DNA of 59,901 nt, counting the filler, from Rhabdomonas costata (taxonomy: Eukaryota), in NCBI GenBank assembly GCA_019059605.1. It is 11 parts of 11 records of this genome, joined end to end, with 100 filler letters (N's around TTAATTAATTAA, not from the genome) between each part and the next. Parts side by side here need not be neighbours in the genome. Positions count along the whole stretch, not along the records: positions 49,284 to 54,585 come from JAHMHO010000080.1; positions 54,686 to 59,901 come from JAHMHO010000082.1; 9 more parts are not named here. One strand, 5' to 3'. Positions within the stretch are counted from its first letter, which is position 1. Each line of letters starts with the position of its first letter. Below are positions 51,120-59,901 of the stretch, piece after piece. Both the position numbers and the translations under genes were made by a program. The notes under the pieces were generated by a model. It searched no databases and was not told the DNA's origin. It was given only the letters and a program-made list of their open reading frames with translations.

Positions 51120-51613
51120 TCAGCGGGCAAATGATGTCAGTAGTGAGAGCGGAGAATCGAAACAAAGGGAGAAGATGCAAGGTTCTGAAAGCAGACAAAG
51201 CAGTCAAGTCGAAAAGCTAATTGGCATATCCATTATCAAGCTTGGTTTGACAAACCCATTGGGAAAACGCTCCCTTTAAGGTACCACGCATCATTTGGAG
51301 CCCAACTTCTGCAGACCATAAACCGTTGCGGCCAATGGGCTTCAAAAAACAGATCCATATCATCTGCCCGTGCCTACCCCCGAACTCAACTTCGATGGAA
51401 ACCACTCCAGAACACAGAAGAGCAAAAGTACAGCATCACCTGTTCTGCCAGACATTGCAGGACACAGGACACGAGTCGTTTCGAACCCCCACCACCCATC
51501 CGCTTTGTGCGCTCTTCGGGTTGAAGGCCCAAAGGGCACAGGTTCAGTGGGGTCAACATCCACCTCTGATGTCCAGAGATTAAAACCCAGCATCCGCGGC
51601 AGAGCGGCGCTCG

Positions 51614-54170
51614 TCAGCAGCTTCCCGCAGGGGCCGAGCGCAGGACGGCCAGCCGGGCAGCCACCATCTCCACAAACCTCGCCGTGGTGACATAATTCTT
51701 CATCGTCACCGTGTTGAACGCGCTGAGCTGGATCGAGCCCACGGTCTGTGCCAGGTCCTGGGTCATCGTGTGCGCCTCCACGGTGGAGACCGCGGCCTTG
51801 GGTTGAGCAGGGGAAGACCGCATCGCACCTCATTACAACGGAACGCAACACCCATTAAAGCGAATATAGACTGTACCACAAATTTCAGATTAAGGGAAAT
51901 GATCGTGATGACCATGAGGGTTCAAGCAATCCCTTACTCACCAAACAATAAGTTATGACTCATTTTAAACGGAAGAGTGATTCAAGAGCATTAGATCCTG
52001 GCGATCCACAGGGGATGCTAATACAAAAAAACTAGCGGAGCAATGTTCTGCTCTTCGTTTGAGAACTGACAGTGACATGTTGCTAGGCCCCCGCTGACAT
52101 GCCCGAGCTCTCAACAACCTTTTCCACGTCGTTGGCAAACTTCACCAGCTCGGCGCTGCCATCGACAGTGCCGCGGCGTCTCAGGGCGTTGGTCCAGCTA
52201 AAGATCGTCGGAAGGGGATTAGTACTGGGCTGCCTTCCCGCGCGGTAGGCCTTGTAGTGTCGTGGCACCGTGCCGTGCGTGGTGGTGGTCAGGCAGACCT
52301 TACCCTCGCAGGATAGCAGCTTTTTGGTTGGTGTCACCCCCAATGTAAAAAAAGTGTGAGCCCACTGACGGGACACTGAAGAGACCCATGTTAACAGAAT
52401 GGAACAGAGAGCACACATTTAAAAACCAAAGGATCCTGGAAGAGTGAGTTGCTGAGATCGGGAGCATATTCTGAAACGGCCTCGCAGGGGCGACTGGCCA
52501 CAGGGACGAAAGGAGATTCGCAAAAAAGATACGCAACTGCGGCGATGAAATGAGTAACATGAGCACATGGAAAGGCCCGCACCGTGGATGTCATCAGCCC
52601 GACGGACCCGAAGCCTTGCCCAATCAGGCTGGAGGCGTTCATCCCGTCATGGCTCTTGCAGGCCCACACAAAGTTTCCTGCGTTGCGCCGTGCAAAGGGA
52701 AGCAAAGTGCGATGGTTGCAGCCGCAGCGGCGCAAAGGCGCAAAGCACCGTGCGCTTCGTAATATTCACACACTGTGCACTAAGCACAGAAAGTCGTGCG
52801 GCACAACGGAATTCATCGATACAGGTCTAATTCAACTGGCCGAGCCACGGGCCTGGACGATTCCGACACGGTCATCTGTGGTCGTGTGTCCCAAGCTGTG
52901 GACAGCACCCAACCACTAAACTCTCACACGCAAAGAGACGCGACGAAGAATAGAACCGAAAAGAGGGAAGGTGACACACCCTCGCTTCGGAGGCAGAGTG
53001 CGACCATGTCGTCGATGAGGTGGTGAGAGTAGGTCAGTCCGCGCCCTTCATACTCCGATCGAAACTCCGCATCGTAGATTTTCTGAGACCATCCGCAACC
53101 CGGAAAATAGGGCAAAACTTCAGTCTCCACTTCCATCTATGTGTGAATCATCAAGAAAAAAGAGAGATAAAGGGTCCTTGACAAATACCAGAGGTCGGGG
53201 GTGCAATGCTGACAAAATGAGCTGGAAGCTGGAAAGCTGGCAAAGCAGCAGAAAACATGCGAGAGTGAGAGAGCCTTAGGAAGGTAGCCCCGACCTGGAA
53301 AGTGTCCACATAGAGGCCATCGTAGTGCGTTAGAACGGTGCACTTCGTGCTCAAAAGCACCGGCAGCCCGCGCTCCAGCCCGTACCGGAACACGCACCGC
53401 GCAAACTCCGTGACCCAGGCCACGGTGTTGAAGCTCCCCATCGCTATCCCCGCGCCCGGGTACGAGTACAGCTCTTGGGTCACCACAGGTGATCTGTTGC
53501 GGGAACGCGCATCAACAGGAGCCGCGCGTATTCTCTAGTATGGATTTTGCATGCTTGGTTGGATCTGCCTCTTATTGTGTCGACTTCGTCTCGTTCTGTC
53601 GTGGTCAAGATATCGGATGGTGTACCTATGGTGCCTTATGGTGCCTCGGTTTTGAGATGCCAATCATGGGATAGTTTGGGTTTGTGGGTTCTTGCTATAC
53701 CAGTTAAATGCAAACGCACCTGCAGTGCGGTTGCACCACCTCACCTGACAAAGCACAGAGAGCTTGGTTAGTTTTGAATCCTTGACGTGGGAAACCTTAT
53801 AAACGGAAACCTGGGTAGTCTGCCTCTCAGCGTGCTGCTTGATGGCAATTCCCCATGAAGAAACGTGTTAATAACCTACAACCTGGGGGGTATTGTCATT
53901 GAGTGTGGATCTTGCACAGCAAAGAAGGCGGCTGCCAGCGCACACGTGTGCTAGAGAAGAGAGTTGGGATAAAAAATAGGCGAAGGGTGGATGCATACCC
54001 ATCTGTCGGGGTGAAGCGCATCTGCATCAGCCCCGCGGAGGACACCGCAACTTGCCTGGCGTTGGTGCGCTCGCCATGAGCGCAGCAGGCAATCACAATA
54101 GGGGCCTTCCAGGACTTCACCAGCCGAGGGATACCCCGGATAACGATAGGCTGCCGAAACTCCGTGCCCC
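51614..54170 (-). CDS. NADP-dependent isocitrate dehydrogenase homologue with a degenerate active site (probable pseudoenzyme), 5' part off-contig
   Basis: Six in-frame GT-AG exons give GGTEFRQPI...IPRLV..W..PIVI, LSTKCTVL..YDG, HLIDDMVA, WACKSHDG...QGFGSVGLMTS, HGTVPRHY, STNP..IFSWT..L..RG and MTQDLA, ending in a TGA at 51616-51614. Confidence 0.92.
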
Positions 54171-55209
54171 CTGGGTAGCAGATCCAAAGGCCCAATCCCA
54201 ACCCCGCGCCACGACAGCGTTAAGCCGGCATAAAAAGAGACCATTCGTGCACACCAGGTTCGTGCACAAATTACATGCATCTTAGAGCGAGCCAACCTTA
54301 AGATTTCAAGAAAGAAGAAAAAAAAGGGGGGGGGGGGACGGACGATGAATGAAGTTACGGAGTTGCGACTGCCGTGTTCGGATAGAGCACATACGTACAG
54401 CATCTAACAACATAGAGGAACGTCTTTTGCTCAAGATTGTGTGTGGCAAATTCACCACTTGAACATCCGGTGAATTAAGGTTCAAGGTTTGGGGATATAT
54501 TATCATAATTTCACCACATTGCACACGACTTCAAAACGATTCTACAGAAAACGAATGAGCACCACTCCCAATGAACCCACCACAANNNNNNNNNNNNNNN
54601 NNNNNNNNNNNNNNNNNNNNNNNNNNNNNTTAATTAATTAANNNNNNNNNNNNNNNNNNNNNNNNNNNNNNNNNNNNNNNNNNNNACCCGCGAACCCCAC
54701 ACGCACAACCTTGTGCTTTTCGAAGGTGTTGGGCGGAGAGCAATGGACACCAATGGTGGAAAAGCGACAGCTCTTTTGCAGTATCGCCCTTTCTTGGGTG
54801 TGCAGAGCACCATCGGTAGAGAACCATCCGGCACTTGAAAACTAGGTTCAAATTGGACTTCAGCAGTGGGTCTATTCACCACCTAACTCGCCAAGGTGTA
54901 CCGTTAGATTCAAGGAGATTATCGCAATTGTCCTTACCAAGCCCATTCACAACGAACTGCTAAAGGAAGGTCGTGAAAGGAAATAGGCCAGTCATAGGCA
55001 ATCAGAAGAACACTGGTACACCGAACCTGATACACACATGCACCGAACCTAGCTGGGAAGCAACTATTGACACCCTGGCACCAAGCTGCAGGCAAACGCC
55101 GAACACTGCCGATCACACACTTTGGCCACAGCTACTGAAGGCCAATGTGAGCGGCAGGTATGAACCAGATCTAGTTGTCACAAGGGAGGTGCGGGTGGCC
55201 AGTTCAAAC

Positions 55210-58200
55210 CTGCTCATTCTCGGCACGTGCACTCTGCTGCTTAATTGTCCTTAGCAAGTCCTCCTTCTGCATGGAGCGGGCGTAGATAAAGTCCTGAACC
55301 TGCAAACGGCATGAAAAAAGGGAGCGAGATGTCCGAGGCAAGAGTAAGGGCAAATCAAATAACCGCAAGAAACACCAACGCCTTTCCACAGCTGGGTATC
55401 CAAAAAAGGTCAACGCAGGGAGATAGATTGTGGACCTCAGCGTTCCTTCCCAGAGCGCAGGCTCGCAATAGGACGTGGCCATTCACCGAACCTCTATTTT
55501 GAGTAAACACTTGTGAGATTTGATATGGATGGGGTGGGGAGCGGGAGAATGTCCCGCGAATGCCGCATGCCCGTCCGCGGTGAAGCTCCGCGGCCTCGGA
55601 GACACTGGAGTAGAAAGTGATGCCCTCCTTCAGGTTCGCCACAATCTCCTCAAACTTCTTGCAGGTTGCCTGCAGTGTGGCAACGGCCTGCGGAAGAGAG
55701 GAGATGCCCCAACGTACCCATCATAGTGCAACAGAGCTTTGGAGATGCAGAGAGGGTTTCCGTGAGTGAGAGAGTGCATGTGTGTCACAATGATGGGTCT
55801 ACTGCAACAAAATAGTTGCATCACTACAGTTTAGCGCGGGGGCTTAATCTTCCGACAGTGGGCGTGAGCCTTTCCGCCAAACGGTTTGTCGACACCCCGA
55901 GCAAGCTGAGGCTCGCAGCCGAGGCGTGCAGTGCAACTGGTTGATGTGGACCAAATGTTTTCGTACGCTGGTTGTTTGTTCTGATCAGCTCCTTCCAACC
56001 GCTCTGTCACAGCGATGCCACGAGGTGCCGGCTGACCGCCACTACGACTTCTCTGCGTCAACGTATGTGCGGACCTGCTCTCGGGAGCTGATCATGGCGT
56101 CTGCCTTGCGGCTTTTTGCAACCTCCTCCATGGCGGCGGAGGCCCGGCCCAGCAGGGCATCCCCGGACGCCACCACGGTAGCCAGCTCCTTCTCCTTCTC
56201 CTCGTACTTCTTCAGGGTCTGCGACAACACCGCCTCCTGACCATCCCTGGGCCAATGGGGGGAGAAGAGGGCTGGGGTGGTTGAACGGGATGAAGGCGAA
56301 CAACCATTGCCGAGAGGAGCGCTTGACCGAAACCGCGTCACGAGGCTGGAAATTGTTGCTCCACGAAGCCGTCTCAGCAAAACATCAACCAGGTTTGGGC
56401 GCGCTCCCAAAGAATGTCAGGAAACGAACCACAGGAACGAACGAGATGAGGGATAATGGGGGGAAAGGCTATGACATTTCGTCTGAAGGTGGGGGCGTTG
56501 CACGAGCAACCCGCCCTTCTCAACGCAGAAGAGAGGCCAGCACAGCGTACGTTCCGGCGGCAGCTAGCTTCAGGGCAATCTCCTTGTTGTCTTGCTCCTG
56601 CAGCTCGCGGACCTGGTTCAGCACAGCCTGCATTGCGGGCGGACCAGGGAGAGAGTGAGAGAAGCGGGTGAGCGGTGTGACAAACCGCTCAAAGCGGCGT
56701 GACCACGATGATACGATACCTCTGGGCACGTGGTCCATTCCGAGAGATTGCTTTGATTGATTGATGATTTATTGATTGACTGATTGATTGATTGCAGGAT
56801 CGACAATAGACGTTCTTTGAACAGCATTGGAGCGGGCAAAAGTGCCAATATCTTTGACTGACGTCACTTCATGGAGGGAGTGGTATGTAGAAACGCCCCA
56901 GCAGATAATTGGCACGGAGCCTGGGGTATATATTCCTCTCTCTCTCTCTCTCTCTCTCGTTAATGGGGTGTGAGAAATTTACCAGGCAAGGCTGTTTGCT
57001 GTTCGCTCCAGTAATATTTTCCACGTGCTGCGCTCTGAATAGATTGATATGAGGTGTGATTTGCCCAGCTTCGACTTCTACAGGAGATAACTATCAATCT
57101 TGAGTCGCCGCTCTCTATTTGCCTTTCGCTTAACGCCAGTCACTGAATATGTTTTGATGACCGATGCTCATCGACAGGGAAGGCTTTTTCCCTGCCGTCC
57201 CCACCTGCTCCGCAGCATCGCTGGCCTCGAACTGCTTTAGCAGCTCCTTGAGCTGCTGCACAGTGGTGAAATACGGGCGGGCACCGCTCCCGCCGCTGCT
57301 CTCCGAGGGCAGCTCCGACATTGCTTCCAGCCTGGAAACGACACGTGGAAGCTCCAACGGGGAGGGATGGGAGGTTTTCCCAGTCAAAACGAAAAGCAAG
57401 AGCACCACGGATCACCGAGATCAAAAAAAAACAAATCACTGTTCCCAAAGATTATTGGCAGCCCACCCGTCTCAAAACCCCTTCGGAGACCGGAGACTTC
57501 TGATTTGGTGATAAAGTTCAGCTGAACCCCCCACCGAACCACAACATGCTTTGAAGGGCGCGTTGCAAAACTTTGGGATATGGACGGATGGGTTCAGATA
57601 GGAATTTATCACTTGCATAACCCCTCACTCATGACAGGCACCTGTCCCGAGGCCAGTTCAGCTGCATCAAAGCCTCCGTGCTCTCCGCGATCTTCCGCAG
57701 TATCACGGCATCCCCTATTCAAACCGTGTGCAAAACCTAACGACAAAACCGAACCACCATGATAGATCTGCTATTGAGCTTTCCATTTGTTGTTTATGAT
57801 CATGGAAAGAAGTCTCCGTGTGACAGAGCAATTCAGTAGCAGACCAAAGAAAGACCAGAGTCGTTGTTCAACGTTCCAGGAGAAGGGCTGGGGGCAGCAG
57901 TACACACCACCAAGAGGGCAGAGGATGAAAGAAAGTGCATGGCAAGCACACGGGAAAGGTGACTGGACTACCATTAATCACTCCTTTTGTCAGCTTTGGA
58001 AAAGTTTGACTGAACAATCGTGTTTCACATTGATGTCCAATGCTGGGCCAGCAAATCGCGGTGGAACACCAAACTAATGGCTTGGTCGCGAAGAATAGCA
58101 GAAAGCATGCAGTGATATCGGCCCTCTCTCGTTTCTACAAACCAGACTGCGCTTGGGCAATCTTCAGGTTGAGGTCAGAAAGGGCCTGGGCGAGGTCCCG

Positions 58201-59630
58201 ATTGATGACCTGCAAGACAACCCACGCACGTCCCACAAACGGAAGAGAAAAAGTCATTACTGCCTCCCACTCTGTCACCAAAACCGCGAATTTGTACTGA
58301 ATAACCCTTTCTCTCTGGGGAGTGGGGTAAAGAAACCGTGAGCGAAGGCGCTGCTGCGGCACCCAGAATTGACTTCCTTTCCTCAGATTTGAAGGACAAA
58401 CGAAGATAGGAAAAGTTGTGCCCGTGGTTGATGTGCGGTGTCTCTCACATCATCGGAGCGGGAGTTAGCTCTGAGTCACTACAAGAAGGCACAGCTCAGA
58501 AGATCTCTGTGCGCATTGCGGGCCAGGCTCACCTCGGAGGGCTCACGGGTCCACTTCCCGCCGTACTGCTGCCGCAGCTCGGCGTCCGCCGCGGCCTCGG
58601 CCTCGAGCTCCCCCGCGAGGGAGCCTAGGGTAGCCCGGGCCGCCTCGGCCACTCCGCTGAGGGTCTGACTGAGGTCCCGCAGGTAGGCCACGCAGTGGCC
58701 CCCGCACTGCGCGTTGATCGCCGCGATTCGCTGGTGCAGCTCCTCGGGAAGCCTACCAAGAGAATCACAGGCACACAAACAAAGACAGAGAGAAAGTGAG
58801 ATATTGTGCGTGTGTGTGTTTGTTTGTCCTCAAAATAATGTGGCACATGTTCTCATTTGGCAGCCATTGGGAGCTAGCTCATCGCCTGTGATTCTTGCTT
58901 TGTCGGTTACAAAGATGTGTTTCGACACCATGGATGGCATGCTGTGTAGCTGGTGCAGCTGTCACCGCTGCCTCCGCCCCGTACGGCTGTTCCGCTGCGC
59001 CTGGAACGAGGTATTTGATCGCTAGGAGCTCTGCTGACCAAGAATGAGTGCCACCGGAGGTGTTTGTATGTGTTTGAGGGATAGAAAGCGGAGCTGCCCA
59101 TCAGTAGAAAATCCGCATTTGACCAAACTTCGGTCCGAACGGTTTGCGCTTCAAACAAGACAACGAGGGAGTGATAACTCAGGGTACTATTTTGGCGTTG
59201 ACCAGCTGTGAACTGAGGGAAAATAGCGTCCCCAAACTCTGCAAATACCTGTCCATCCCCACTGAGGTTCATTGGAAATACACAGAAATAGGGGGAGATT
59301 GAAGGGGACCACAACATTCCGAGAAGACGTCTTCACATCGAAAAATCTCAGGAGAGATGACATTTTCGACAAGAAAGAAGTTGCATTCCCCAACACATGT
59401 GTGGACTGCATGCCCTGGTGCAGCCTCTTTCTCAGCAGCTGCGATGGCAGGGAGAAGCCCCAGCCGGGTCAGGGCTGTTCTGCGGGACTCGCGATGCTCC
59501 CGCACCGTGGCGTGCATCCGCGCCACCACGGCTTCCGTGTCGTCGTGTAGCGTGGTCTGGGCGTCCAGGATGTGCACCGGGGTTATGTTGGTGAAGGGGT
59601 CGGCCACCGTGCTGAGCTCCAGCAGCCCGG
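55210..59630 (-). CDS. ALIX/BRO1-family ESCRT accessory protein (end of Bro1 domain plus V domain), 8 exons, partial
   Basis: Exons give DPFTNITPVHI, LTRLGL, ELEAEAAADAELRQQYGGKWTREPSE, LKKYE, ANLKEGITFYS and DFIYARSMQKEDLL. Two introns have GCATGC donors (59413, 55570). Confidence 0.85.
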
Positions 59631-59901
59631 CTATATTCCAGAAGACGCATGATCTCCAAACTTGGGGTATGGGACGCAGCACAACACACAGCGATCCTGC
59701 GTTCTTCTTTTCTTTCGACTCTTTCGGTGAGGTGGTTCAAACGCCCAGTTCGCAGACCCGCGCGCAGCGATCGCTTCCGTATGAAAGCACCTGAGGAAGC
59801 GGAGCGGTTCAGAACAATTCGGAAAATTTCGCTCCCAGGGTACACGTGCATTGCCGCCCATAAAATTAGAGTCGTACTCGAGTCCCAGGGGACACACACC
59901 C

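Noticed and set aside
1-59901. A functional gene cluster (LRR + ART-TPR + RING + ALIX as a defence or trafficking island)
   Set aside because: These genes lie on separate concatenated contigs of similar size, so adjacency is an artefact.

Overview
This is eukaryotic draft-genome sequence, not a contiguous locus. It consists of eleven unrelated contigs of about 5.2-5.5 kb joined by artificial 100-nt linkers (N44-TTAATTAATTAA-N44), so gene neighbourhood across linkers means nothing. The eIF4A sequence is euglenozoan-like, and abundant cis-introns point to a euglenid or diplonemid rather than a trypanosomatid (inference). Partial multi-exon genes reconstructed by hand: a modular LRR surface protein, an FCP1-like phosphatase with an in-frame TAA, an MGC-ankyrin-ADP-ribosyltransferase-TPR protein, a RING-finger terminal exon, the first exon of a long-chain acyl-CoA synthetase, a ChAPs/Bch1 exomer adaptor, a Cys-rich repeat protein, eIF4A, an antisense UbiE/COQ5-like exon, the DNA polymerase epsilon C-terminus, a possible TFIIA large subunit, an NADP-IDH homologue and ALIX. 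Mobile and repetitive DNA includes a decayed CRE-like non-LTR retrotransposon, a MITE-like element and short satellites. Best leads: (1) a probably lipid-anchored ankyrin-ART-TPR protein with a sensor-effector architecture; (2) an uninterrupted IDH homologue that has lost isocitrate, catalytic and metal-binding residues (R132C, Y139T, D275M, D279S in human IDH1 numbering) but keeps the NADP-binding motifs; (3) non-GT splice donors (GC and one GA), mostly sharing G-N-ATGY. All family calls come from recalled motifs; no database searches were run.
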